Below, piece after piece: positions 12,991 to 26,600 of a stretch of 64,000 nt of DNA. The position numbers and the translations under genes are program-made. The notes beneath the pieces were generated by a model. The model searched no databases, was not told where the DNA came from, and worked only from the letters and a program-made list of their open reading frames with translations. This DNA is from Chrysomallon squamiferum (taxonomy: Eukaryota > Animalia > Mollusca): contig CM022670.1 of the NCBI GenBank assembly GCA_012295275.1, forward strand, positions 1,550,001-1,614,000, written 5' to 3'. How positions within the stretch are numbered: position 1 is the stretch's first letter; each line of letters opens with the position of its first letter.

Positions 12991-14878
12991 TTATAATTCC
13001 TCTTTCTTAATGAATTTTCCTTCTTCTATGCTCTTCTTAACTTTCTTCATACTTTCTAAAACTGAAAACCAAGTACAAAGCATATTAATTTAATTTACAG
13101 TGTACTTTATTATTTTTCTTTTTTAGGTTATTTATAAAGTCTAGATTGTATATTTATTTTTAATATCATGAAAATAAGTCTCTGTTGCTTTTGTAAATAC
13201 AAAAATAATTTTCAAACTTGGGTAAAAAATGTTCCAAAAGTCAATATGGTACAGACATTTTACATTTACTTGCAAAACTTTCTAAAAATTAAACTGAAAG
13301 CTTACTTTTGATAAAATATATTCAGAAAATGTCACAGGTAAAAGAATTTAAATTAATTGTAAAAACCTAATCTTATTTAATAAAATAATTTCTTTGATAG
13401 CTAATAAATATCAATGCCAGTTAAATTTCTAAAAAAAATTATTAAGACTTACTGTCATCTATTTGTGGGTAGTAATATTTATAACTAGGGTTGCCCTTTT
13501 CATTGTAATATTCTTTTCTAACTTTTCCTGTTTGATCTGAAATAGTAAATAAAAATAGTGGCAAAGTTGCCTTGTCTCTTTGATACCACGCACTTTACCC
13601 ACAGTACAAAGTTAATTCAGCAATAAAAGCTCTTCTCTTCCTGTATCTATTCAAGAATGTAAAAGATATGTGAAAATATATCCTAAAAGGTGTATTTCTC
13701 ATTGGAATTAAGCATTAACATTAATTATATTGTAAATCATAAGATTATGTTCATAATACTATTTATAGTCATGCAATTTATAAATTTATCGGTATAAAAG
13801 GGTAGTTTTTGTTAAGGAGCAAAAATGGTTATTAATAAAATACGCCCTATACATAAAGTAAAAACAAAGTTTCTATGTTTACCTAGAAAAAGAATCCTAG
13901 GTATATACCCTCCATCTGGCTTATACTCTTCATCTGAGGGCTCTTCATCATCCTGAATGGGAAAAAAATATTTATATTTATAAATACTCACACACATATA
14001 CTGGAAAAGATGACCTAACTGCTTATACACACACATCAGATAATTCTAATTTAATTAATTCAGTTGTTTTTAAAATTATTTGCCAGCTTCATGAGAATAT
14101 TATTTATTTAAATGTTTTTAAACCAATTTTTTTTTTCCAGCAGAATTAAAGAAAATGAATAATATACTTTTTGAAAATGTTTGAAAAAGATTTTGTCTAA
14201 TAATTCTTTCATTTTAATTATTATTATTTCTTTCTAACCAATAATTTTATCTTAAATCTTTACCTCTAAATTAACCATTACAAAGTTAGCTCCTAGCTCT
14301 TGAATATCTTTGCTTTCAGCAAACCTTGGCTTCAAAGCTGAAATAACAAAAAAAAAAAATATATATATATATTTTTTGTATATTGAAATATTAATGTATT
14401 AATAGCCATACAAATTTAATATCTTGAATTTCATATATAAAGGCAAAATAAGCAGACATCTAAGATGGGGAAAAAATCCTGGCTTTGCAACTTTAACATG
14501 AAGCTATTCTGAAGGATAGCTTTCAGTTTGAGGAAACTTCTGGTTTGTGTGTGTGGATAGACAGACCAATAGATTGGCAAAAAAGGATGATAAGATTCAG
14601 ATTATATCACCCCTTCTGTTAGGCATAAATTCACAATTTACTTTAAACCTGAATAACATCCTCTGCATGACAGCCTAGTTTGAAATTCTAACTCTGACAG
14701 ACTGTCACAAAATGGGGTATGATTTAAAGTATATTATTACCTCATCTGTTAGATATAAATTATTTTAATACTCTGTATGACATACCTTTACATGCACCAC
14801 ACCATGTCTTGTGTATCACAACCATGACTGGTTTAGTCCTGAAAAAACACAAATACAAAAATGGTTTGTGTGTGTGTG

Positions 14879-14937
<59 letters not shown>

Positions 14938-14959
14938 AAGTTTTGCATGCTCACATTGT

Positions 14960-15001
<42 letters not shown>

Positions 15002-15357
15002 GCGATATTTTTAAATCAAGCAACAAATATCTTGTATATCAAAATTCATAATAACTTAAATTTAGAATTAGGTGTTAAGGCAAGTCACTCACTCTTCTTT
15101 GGCTTTTTTCAACCCATCTTCCAGTGTCTGCCAGTCAATGTTGTCTCCCCATCCTGGGAATTAACAATAAATATTATTAAAATTCAAATTATTGTTTAAG
15201 TCAGGTATTAGCAAAAATATCTAATGAAATTTAATTATCAGCAAATAATAAAAAAAAAAAAAAAAATAATAATAATAATAATTAAAAAAAAAAGCTGTGA
15301 CAAGAAACATTTTAAAATTTTCTTTGACTTAAGACTCAAAGGATAAAATAAAATGAA

Positions 15358-15392
<35 letters not shown>

Positions 15393-16872
15393 AAAAAAAA
15401 AAAAATAAATAAATAAATAAAAAAATAAAAAACAAAAAATAAATAAATAAAATAAAATAAAATAAAATAAAATAAAATAAAATAAAATAAAATAAAATAA
15501 AATAAAATAATAAATACATTTTTTTTTAAATCTGTAAAAAGATAATATTTTTCAAATTGGTTTTTGACCTAAAAGATGATGGTTGTAGTGATTCAAATTC
15601 TTGTCTGAAAACAAGCCAGAATGCAGGATCAAAATGTTTTGCTACATCCATTATTTTATTCCTTTTACAAATAATGCTCTACAAACCACTGACAACAGGC
15701 CATAAAATGGGTATTCCTGATTAGGAAAATTTTCTTTTTTTAAATGTCTTACTGGTGACCCATAGGATTAAGAATGTACTCTAATTGATTCAAGCCAAAA
15801 TGATAAATATTTATCAAATCATAAGCCAAGACAGATCCTGATTCTGTGTAAACTGACCAGAGCATGAAATAACTAAAAGCTTGTTATTTTACAATAATAT
15901 AAAAAAAAAAAATAAAAACAGAATAAATGTTTTTAAAAATACACAAGAACACTGCTTCTCAATTAAATAATGAAAACTTCTACTGATAAATTAACTTTAA
16001 TCATTATTGGAACTAAAATATATACTACTCAATTATGGTATGAAACATTTTAAAAATTATGTTTTATAGATCTGGTAGATGAACATATTGATACATTCAC
16101 TATATGCAGTTAAAATAATAATGTACTGTTTAAACTGACAAAATGAAGAGAAATTATGTCAATAGCTTACATAAAAAAGCATATATACTATTATTATTAT
16201 TTACAAAAACAAATAATTATATATCTTTGAAACAAAATTCCTAACTTACAACTGGGTGTTCACCTCTAGTTTTATTAAATCAAAGATTTTTTAAGATTCT
16301 GTTTGTCATTATTATTATTTATTACTATTATTTTCAATAATTTGTTGATTACTAATGATGCCTAATGTCATTATTTATTTATTTGATAATTTACTATAAA
16401 TGTATGCAGAGTTGTTTGAACATTTTACTTTATTAAAAATTATTTTAAAAAAGTAATCAACATCATGAAGTTAAACGTTGATGATATTACAAATTCTGAG
16501 AATGACATGGTTGATTCAGTATAAACATATATATATATATATATATATAGTTATTTATCTTTTAAATATTTAATAAAGAAACTCATTTTCCTTTTTAACA
16601 GTTCGAAAAAGATTTATCATCTAAACACATAAAACAGGTAAAATACTAAAAGGCTAAACAACTTTCGGTTCATTATTATAATTAATGAAACAAAACAACA
16701 TTTAATAATAAATAATTTAAATTTATTTTTTAATTAGTATTTATTAGCTCTCAAAAATTTGCTGCATGTCCAAATATTCAATTTTACCTCTTGCTAAATT
16801 ATTTGCTTGTGTTATAGTAAAACAAACAAATAACGAGAAAGAAAACCACGCAAGCAAACCCGATTCAACCAT
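12991..16872 (-). CDS. TXNDC12: Thioredoxin domain-containing protein 12 (ERp18/AGR1-type PDI family), 165 aa, 7 exons
   Basis: Exons (minus strand): 16872-16788, 15153-15093, 14838-14786, 14337-14264, 13952-13883, 13536-13453, 13061-12991. All are GT-AG and phase-consistent (498 nt). The protein has a signal peptide ([23 protein letters not shown]), then [62 protein letters not shown] and a C-terminal KEEL ER-retrieval signal. Confidence 0.95.
14866..14995. repeat. (TG)n(TA)n microsatellite plus poly-T in TXNDC12 intron 2
   Basis: Read directly from the sequence. Confidence 0.95.
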
Positions 16873-17018
16873 TTTACCAACGTCACCCGTAGTCTCGCTA
16901 AAAACTATATCTTTAATTTACACTGGAATATTATTGAGTTGAAGCTAATGGAGGTTTAAAATATCTATTTCCTGTGCACATGTTGAAAGCGAAAATTAAA
17001 TAATTTCGAAATACCGAA
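16873..17018. promoter_or_regulatory. Compact bidirectional promoter and 5'UTRs shared by TXNDC12 and MTREX
   Basis: The divergent ATGs (16872 on -, 17019 on +) are 146 bp apart. CpG is locally enriched (~16830-17250) relative to the CpG-poor flanking introns. Confidence 0.8.
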
Positions 17019-17635
17019 ATGGCTGGGTTTGGAGATGAACTTTTTGATGTGTTTGAAGAAAATGCAGACACTACCTCTGAACTTAAAGTTGATAAAGCTG
17101 ATACATCAAACATTTCTGACGATACTGATAGTCAAAGGTATATGTCACTGTATCACAGTATAACTTCAAGTATCTTAGTTTAATATCATAGTATGGCACC
17201 GATGAATCGGTACATTATCCTATAACCGAAGGTTTCTTATTTTCGGAATGATCACCTAATTACAGTTTTGTGATGCTTATTTTTTAATTTTAGATATAAA
17301 TTCTTACTATACCCTAAAATGTTTTATTAATCCAAACTTATATCTGTCATTTTAGACTGAATATTTATAATATTAATAATAAAGCTATTTGAAGTATTTC
17401 GAAATAATTTTAAATTTATATTAGAATTTGTTTATTTTGCGTTCAAACTCAAAGCCTTAAATTTGTATGGACCAATGATTTAAAAAAAAATTCAAATAGG
17501 AAACTCATTGTTTGCATACATAACAGTACAGGTTTTAGAAGGCGAATGCTTTTTGTTTTAACGAAAAAGAGTGAAGAATTAACTTTTAACTAATTGTTTT
17601 ATACGGCCGGTTGACTGATCTTTAATTTTTTATTT

Positions 17636-17668
<33 letters not shown>

Positions 17669-20600
17669 CAATTTTTGACTGTTCTAAAACTGGTATCATT
17701 CAAGGCAATCATTCAAATAACAGGTGATCAGTTTGCTTTTTACATGTAAATACAACCTCTAATGCATTGAAAATGGAAATAAATATTAAAAAAAGAAGAA
17801 TTATAATGGTTTCAAGTATTGTTTTACAACTACATGCTCAGAACTGTTCACTATGGAGTTCTAGCAGAGTAATGTGTCCACACAATGGTACCTAATGAGA
17901 ATAGTCATCTTTATATTTATTCACGTGCCAGTCTCTGTGAAAATTATCTATTTTATAATTTTATTTTTATTATTTATTTATTTATTTATTTATTTACTAT
18001 TATTATTAATTTTATTATTATTATTTATTTGCTGACAATGTCATAGTAATGTTTGAATAAAATATAGTACAAAATGGATACCAGATGGTATGACATCATA
18101 GTTACCAAAACAAATAAAAATGTTTCAACCTTTGCAGCTATTACTACTCAATAATAGTCATATATATATACAAGGCATTGATTAAATGGTATACTTCTGC
18201 TAATTTTACTTTGAATAATCCATGTAGAATTGATTGCATTATGAAGGAATACATGTTTAAAAGTGTAAACACTGACAGGCATTTGATGCTGCCATCTTGG
18301 ATTTCAATCCAAAGTTTCCATCAGTGTTCGGAAACCGTCTGATCACATTTATAAACTTCCAAATTCAACTATTTTACATCTATTTTCTGAAATTTTATGA
18401 TTTATATAATAAAGGTAAGGGTGGTTGTTCATGTTACCAAACCATGATGTCCTGCACCTTTCCTAACTGCTTTTTCAACTTAATCAAACTTTTAAAACTG
18501 GATTATTTTTGTGCAGATGTGTGCATAATAAACCAAAATTATAATTTGTTATAAGATTAATGTATTAACGTTTCTAGTTGGCAGTGTTTCCAATGTCAGA
18601 ACCCATCAGAAAAGAACATTCAGGTCTGGTTTGTACCCATTTAATCAGTGCAGCTGATGCACATTTTTTCTGGTAATGTAATTTGTAATGTAGTCAGGTC
18701 TGTTAAAAGAGAGAAGTTAAATAACTGCAATTGGTTTTCATATATTTTCAATATATTTTCATTTTCTGTTTTTTTCAGAGCTGAAAATCTTCTGAGACAA
18801 ATTGTTGGTAAACGATCAGCAGAAAATATCACTGAAGATGATGCAGCAAAGAAAATAAAAATTTCAAATGAAGAAAACAAGTAAGCTTCATTTTATTTTT
18901 ATAATTGTCTTTAAACTCAGAAAAAGTGGACTACCAAAAACAACAAATTAAATATTCAGAATTTGTGATAATTTGTTTTTCAGAAACAACAATATTTTAT
19001 CAAAGATGGTAGATATAATATATGTTCACATCTGTGGGAAGGTTCTTATAAAAATACTTATTGCTAATTGATAAAATAATCTCAAGAAGCAGTAGCAGTG
19101 GGTTTCATTTTCTTTAATCATTATTACATAAGTTACATGTAAATTGAAAAATTAACTAAAAAATTTGAAGTCTAGATAAATATTAAGAAGATGTACTTTT
19201 CATTATTTAGATTTTTAATTAATTTTTCTTTTATTTCCAGCTCTTTAGAGATTCTTCCCCGTATTCAGATTCACAGAGTGGACACTGTTGAAGCTTGTCT
19301 TCATGAGGTACTAATTATTGGTTTTATTCTGTCAGAAAAGTAAGAAAGATATATTGAAAACTAGAAAGAGAATATTTTTTTATTAGATTCATCTTTTAAA
19401 AAAAAAAAAGAACAAAAAAAAAAAAAAATAGTAGCAGAAGAGCATATATTAACAGTACCTCCCCATTTGCTTATGCACATAAGATATTATATGTAGCCTA
19501 CTCCAGCATATACTGAAACCCAAAATATTCCTTAAAATGTACTTTTGATGAAATAACCACGAATATTTCCATGTTGTATCTATATTGATGTATTTATGAA
19601 ATTTTAAAAATAATTTCCTCATTGTTTCAGGTTGCTGTTCCCCCTGATGATGAATTTGTACCACTTAAGCCATCAGAGGGTAAACCAGCAAAAGAATATC
19701 CATTCATTCTGGATCCTTTCCAGAAAGAAGCTATTCTTTGTCTGGAAAACAACCAGTCTGTACTGGTCTCAGCTCACACATCGGCTGGAAAAACAGTGGT
19801 TGCTGTGTAAGTAATAGAAACATTATTAATAAAATACATCATAAAATTATTATTTTTGAATATTTTACATAATGACCTAGTATATTTGTCATGTTTTAGC
19901 ATGAAAGTATTATCAAGGTGTTTTATATCTTTAGGAAGAAAGAACAATAGCCTTGTTTTGCTTTTAATAAAATGTAAAAACAATATTTTGTATGTCTCCA
20001 AGATACCATTTTAAATGTGTCTTGTGATTATTGTTTTGCTTATAATGAAGTATGAAAATACAGACGTACTAAATATTTTAGACTTTTTGTTACACTTGGA
20101 TACACTTTTATATTTCCAGACATAAATAAATTATATTGGTTTATATCATATTATATTTGTTCTTAAGATTTATTAAAAAATATTGAAAAATACATTTATT
20201 TTGGTTAATACAATTTTTTCTTTCATTTATGGACAGTGTTAAAATGTGCAGTTTTTCATGTTTATTTTTAACTAGCTATTTTGTGATTTGAATTTCCAGC
20301 TATGCCATTGCCATGTCGCTGAGAGACAAACAGCGTGTCATTTACACAACACCAATCAAAGCTCTGAGTAATCAGAAGTACAGAGAACTTTATGAAGAGT
20401 TCCAGGATGTTGGGCTGATGACAGGGGATGCAACAATAAACCCTACAGCTAGTATACTTGTTATGACCACAGAGGTTAGTTATTTAGTATTCCAACAAAA
20501 AAAAAACAAAACATTTTTTTATAATCTTATATATAATCAGGTTGAATGAGAACTATTTTGAGAATGATCACCTAATTACATAGTTTTGTGATACCTATCC

Positions 20601-23600
20601 ATAATTTTATATATATTTTCTTACTATACCCTATTATATTTTATTAATCCAAACTTATATATGTTATATTAGACTGAATATTTATAATAATAAAGCTATT
20701 TCAAAAATGCTACTGTAAAATAGAGAATGATAATTATTAAAATGAATATATATTTGTAATGTGACAGGCAGAAACTTGACAAAGGTTCATAATAAATATC
20801 TCTGTTAGTACTGAAATTGAATTTAAAAAAAAAGAAAGAAAATCAGTATGTATCTGTTAACAACTATAAAATAAAAATCCAAAATAAAACAGTAGTGCCT
20901 GTATAATTAAGAATTTTAAATAGTTTATGGATAATTAAGAATTTTAATTTTGTGTTCTAAATGAATTGTTTTTTTCTTAAAATTTAATTTAATTTATTAT
21001 TATTATTATTATTATTATTTTTATGTTCAGATTTTAAGAAGCATGTTGTATCGTGGGTCAGAGGTCATGAGAGAAGTAGCCTGGGTTGTTTTTGATGAGA
21101 TCCATTACATGCGAGACAAAGGTAAATCATACTTGCTTTTAATTCAGAACTTGGGCATTAGACAACCAAGTTTCTTTATTACGTCACTCTCTGCAGTATA
21201 TCTCATTCAAATCAGTGGTCCATAGCATATTTATCAAAGACTGAGATTGGTGTGTTCCTGTTTACTGGAAGTGGTATGGTTTTCTTCTGGTAATTGCAAA
21301 GATTAGCTTGTGGAGTTGCTGTAACAGTTTATTCTCTCAAATCACGATTACCAAGAAATGTGTGATGATGCTTAATAATGCATAATGATTTTCTAAAACA
21401 CTGTAATGAATGAATAATATTTCTTAATTTTTCATTCATTAAAAGAAAAATAATTGTAAGAAATTTTGATTAGCAATATATGTGTATGTCATTGATAAAA
21501 ATTTAGTATTTAAAGGCAGAATAATTCTTTCTTTTTTTTTTAAACAGGAAATTTTTTTTTATGTAAGTAATTTAATGTTATTATTATTGTAATTTTTTTT
21601 AAATACTTCTAGAAAGAGGTGTTGTTTGGGAAGAAACTATAATTCTGCTGCCAGACAATGTGCACTACGTGTTTTTGTCAGCTACAATTCCAAATGCCAG
21701 GCAGTTTGCTGAGTGGATTTGTCATTTACACAAACAGGTATTCATCTTACGTGACATAACATCTTATTATATCATGAATTAAATTCATTTTTGCTTCTTG
21801 CAAACAGGACTAACTGAAGAAATATTACAATTTAAATTTCTCTCTTGTATAACTTTTATATTGTGTCTTTTTTCAATTCTAATTTTAACTTTTTATGTTT
21901 TTATTTTTAATTTTTTCAGCCCTGCCATGTTGTTTATACAGATTTCCGACCAATTCCACTTCAACACTACATTTTCCCAGCTGGTGGTGATGGACTGCAT
22001 CTTGTTGTTGATGAAAATGTAAGTGTATAAAATCACATTTGTAATAATTATTATGGTCCCCTAAGAGATAAATATTAGTGCACATGATATTTCATAAATG
22101 AACTTTAGATTTTTTTAATTTTCGTTTTTATTTTAGCTGGTCACTCAATCTATGAAATGAAATAACAAATTTCATTTTAAATTATTAAGAATACCAGTTT
22201 AATATAAATAAATTATTTATTAAGAAATCATCTTTCATATAATTTTGAAAATGAACTGTTCTGTACCTATGTGTTTTAATGTACTAATATCTTATGATGT
22301 TGCTAGTTTCTCATTTATTTTTTATTCATATCAAAAATTATTATTTGCTGTACCTTGAAAATTGTATGCTGGCATCAAAGAATTTATATTTAAATTTATT
22401 TTGGATAATATTCATTCATTTACATAATTTCTTCAAGTTAAAATACTTAATTAATATTAAACATAAAGTCTGTTAATTCTCAGTGCCATTTATCTGAAAT
22501 TACATAATAATCCAATACATTTCTTGTAGGGTGATTTCAGAGAAGAGAACTTCAACACAGCTATGGCTGTACTCAAAGATGCAGGTGATGCAGCCAAAGG
22601 GGACATGAAGGGCAGAAAAGGGGGCAGCAAAGGTGAACATTATTATATAGTTATAACAATATAATGCATAGTTAAGATAAATTTACAAATATTGTAAAAC
22701 AAATAGATATGGACAATAGATTGGCATTACCAAAGCATATTGTTTGTAATTGAAATCTATATTATTATTTTTTCTTATTGCTAATTTGTACACATATAAA
22801 CACAGGCATGCAAAGAACATGTAAAGAATATATATAAACACAAAATGAATGCTTGCAAACATGCATGTTCACACAAATGAAACTGTTTTTAGTAGTAGAA
22901 CAGACTGTCAGAATCAAACTAGAAGTAGCTCAGATGCTTGTTAAAACTGTTTATAGATAACGGATAATTACTATCATATTTATAATGTGTATTACTTGAA
23001 TTTTTTTTTTTTTTGCTTTGTTTTACAATTTGCAGCCAATGAATCCAACTGTTACAAGATTGTCAAGATGATCATGGAGAGAAACTTTGCACCTGTGATT
23101 GTGTTCAGCTTCAGTAGAAAAGACTGTGAAGGTTATGCCATGCAGGTAGCTAAACTGGACTTCAACTCAGGTAAGAAACTTTTTTTTTCTCTATGCTATG
23201 TATATGTATGTGTGGATGTATATATATCAGTTTGTTTTAGAAATATTGTTTGAAAATAAATTGATATTTATCTGAAATCATTTCATTCAGTGTTTCATAT
23301 CAGTGTTAAAAGCTGTTATTTTTAAACATACAGTTTTATTTTGTGATATTGTACCATATATTACATATTACATTTAAATATAATATTTATGTGCCAGAAC
23401 CACTATTTTTTTGTATTTAAACTGTAGATTATTTATTTCTTTAAAATTATTTTATAAATTTGAATCTGTGCAGAAAGACATATTTGGACAGTCTTGGTGA
23501 ATCTTGTACAATTTTTAAAATTACAGATGAGGAGAAGAGTCTTGTTGAAGAGGTTTTTAACAATGCTATAGACGCCCTGTCTGACGAAGACAAGAAATTA

Positions 23601-26600
23601 CCACAGGTATAGATTTTATACATCACACACTGGGATTTAAGTTAAATTGTAAACTTTCTTAATGTATTCACATATTTTACCTCACAGTCATTATAATTGT
23701 ATTCTGAGCTTTCTTTAAAATTTCATTTGTTCATTCAGTTTCTAAACCCATGATGATAGCAATGATTTCAAATGAAAATCTTCAGTACCATAAAAATATT
23801 GTTGTCATATTTTATATATTTGTATTTATTACTTAATTATTAAATAGAGCTAAATAATTATAATCCTAATTTATCTTTTCCCCAAAAATATATTTTGAAT
23901 TATCTACCAATGTGAGCTCTTTATTTCTTAAAACTATTTTGCATATCTAATAAATATTATTTATGTAAAATGTAAATAGTTGTTTAAGAAGTGACATTTG
24001 ACGTTCTTTGTTTCCTTATTGTTTTTGATAAAAATGTATTTATCTCAGCAGAAATATAAATTTCTGTTAATACGCTGTATATATCTGGTTTGATAACCAT
24101 CACAGGTTGAACATGTACTCCCCTTGTTGAAGAAGGGTGTTGGAATCCATCACTCAGGGTTACTTCCCTTGCTGAAGGAAACCATTGAGATCTTGTTTTC
24201 AGAAGGTTTAATCAAGGTAATTGTTTTGTTACAACATCTGATCTTATTTTTATAAGATTGGTTTTTTTTAAATCAAATTTATAGTGATATAATAGTATTT
24301 TATGTCTTTGTAAAGATAGTTTTCTATTAAATTTACATTGACATAATAACAATTTATAATTAAAAAGATTGTTTTGTTTTTTAATTTACAGTGATGTATT
24401 AACAGTTTATAATTACGAAGATTGTTTTTTGTTGAATTTACACTAATATAACTGATAGTATTTCTTGTAATATAAAAGACTAATTAAATTTAGTATATTT
24501 TCATCTTGCTGTTTTTATTTATTATCAGTGATAGTATTTTCTAATAATAAACAATGATAATTTAATAATTGAAAATATATGAAGGCAATTGATTTCTTTT
24601 TTTATCATTACTGACATTATATATATAAATAAATGGGACCCTCAAAAAGAAAAAAAAAAGAAAAAAGGGGGAAAAGAAGAAAATATACATGAAAGTTCCT
24701 TATCTTTAGAACTAAATAAAAACCATAATGAAGTAAAATGTTTTCATTACAATATTAATATGCATATCACTGTTTTTACACACTCGCTGTGTTTGTTTAA
24801 AGTTTGAAAATTGTTTATTATTTATTTGCAGGCACTGTTTGCCACAGAAACGTTTGCTATGGGTTTAAACATGCCTGCAAGGACAGTGTTGTTTACCAGT
24901 GCTAGAAAGTTTGATGGCAAAGACTACAGATGGGTAAGAAAACAACATCAGAGAACGTTTTTAATTTTTTTTTTTTCAAAAGTCCAATCTGTTTTAAAAT
25001 GTTTTAGCAGGTATTAATAAGTTTACAGCTTTGTGACATAAAATTTGTAATTTATTTAAATGATTTTTAAAGTATATAATTTTTTAAAGTATTTTTCATA
25101 AGATTAAAATTTAAAAAAAAAAAAAAAAAATGTCTTTTGTTACAAAATGTAATACAGTATTAAATTGAAATGCATGTTACCTTTGCATCAATTACTAATT
25201 AAAAAAATAAAATGAATAACAGGTTAATATTACATAACAATGGACTTAAAAAAGAAAAAATAATCAATGAATTTATAAAGATTACAGAAATAACCTTGTT
25301 ATTAGATGGTTATATGACTTAACCAAGTCTTAAAAGAGTAATTTTTATTAATTTTTCTTATTTGCATTTTATGAATTTTTTATGCCTTTCTTCTTTTTTT
25401 TTTCTTTTGTTTTCTTTTTGAAACGTCTCTTGTTTTTAGATAACATCAGGAGAGTACATTCAGATGAGTGGGCGTGCTGGAAGGAGGGGTTTGGATGAGA
25501 GAGGAATTGTTATTTTGATGGTGGACGAGAAGATGAGTCCAGGAATTGGAAAACAGATCTTGAAGGTGAGTGCACCGTCTTATATGATGATGTCTTTAAT
25601 TTATCTGTAAAAGTGTCCACGCAAAACAGAATAATTTTATTGTCTGAAGGGATAATGTAATAAAATATAGGTAGATTTGTTCAAAAATATCATTTGTACA
25701 AGATGATTATTTGAAAATGTATTATTAATGTGTATTTAAAAAGTGTCTCAGTCATGTTACAGACTTTTTTTCTCTTTTTGCATGTGATCAGGGCCAGCCT
25801 GATGCTTTGAACAGTGCTTTCCATCTGACTTACAACATGGTTCTCAACTTGCTTCGAGTTGAAGAGATCAACCCTGAGTACATGCTGGAGAGATCTTTTT
25901 ACCAGTTCCAGAATTACTCGGCCATTCCAGATCTCATGGAAAGTATGTAATATGTTTATACAGACATGTAGCATTTATTTCTGTCAACATAATAGTTAGA
26001 TATACGTGTTTATTTTTTAATTACTTACCTTATTTTCAGTGAATTCTGAGTTTACAGATTAATGAAATGACCCATAAATATCATTATAATCTAATTACTT
26101 TATCAGTGACAAGGATCTGGTTAGAATAATGTTGATTTTTGATACAGAAATTTAATTCTGATATAACTGGGAGTCCACAGTATTTGACAACAAGACAGTG
26201 CACATGGGTTAGTATGGGAAAAAATATTCTAACGACTATATATATAAGAATAAGAATGATCCAATGACATGATATATTTGAGACTAAGTTTTAGCACTGA
26301 AAGCTGTTACACACAGTCTATTTTACACATTTAGGAAGTTCTAAATAAACTGGGGTTTTTTTAAGATTTTTTTTTTTTCATTTCCAATTTACAAAACTGT
26401 GTTTAGAACTGAAAAAGAAAGAAGAGGAATACAGCCGGGTGGTGGTACAGAATGAAGAGCAGATTGCAGCGTACTACAAGATCAGACAGCAGCTGGACAA
26501 TCTGAGTTGGGACTTGATGCAGTACATTCAGAAACCTTGCTACTTGCTTCCATTTCTTCAGCCTGGCAGACTTGTTAAGGTAAACGTTAACAGACAAAAC

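Noticed and set aside
14440-14630. Possible Helitron-derived (HINE-like) relic with gata/gaca microsatellite and 3' hairpin remnant
   Set aside because: Too degenerate to support without a repeat-library search.
14790-14801. Possible selenocysteine in the thioredoxin active site
   Set aside because: The codons are TGT GGT GCA TGT (CGAC); there is no in-frame TGA.
19799-20306. MTR4 reads GKTVVAVYAIA rather than the common GKTVVAEYAIA across the exon 4/5 junction
   Set aside because: The Walker A motif is intact and, as I recall, this flanking residue varies among MTR4 orthologues. It is not evidence of inactivation or editing.
25584-25647. ATGATGA...CTGA box C/D-like pair in MTREX intron 14
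   Set aside because: Only 18 nt from the donor, with a weak terminal stem and no recognisable rRNA-complementary guide; expected by chance.
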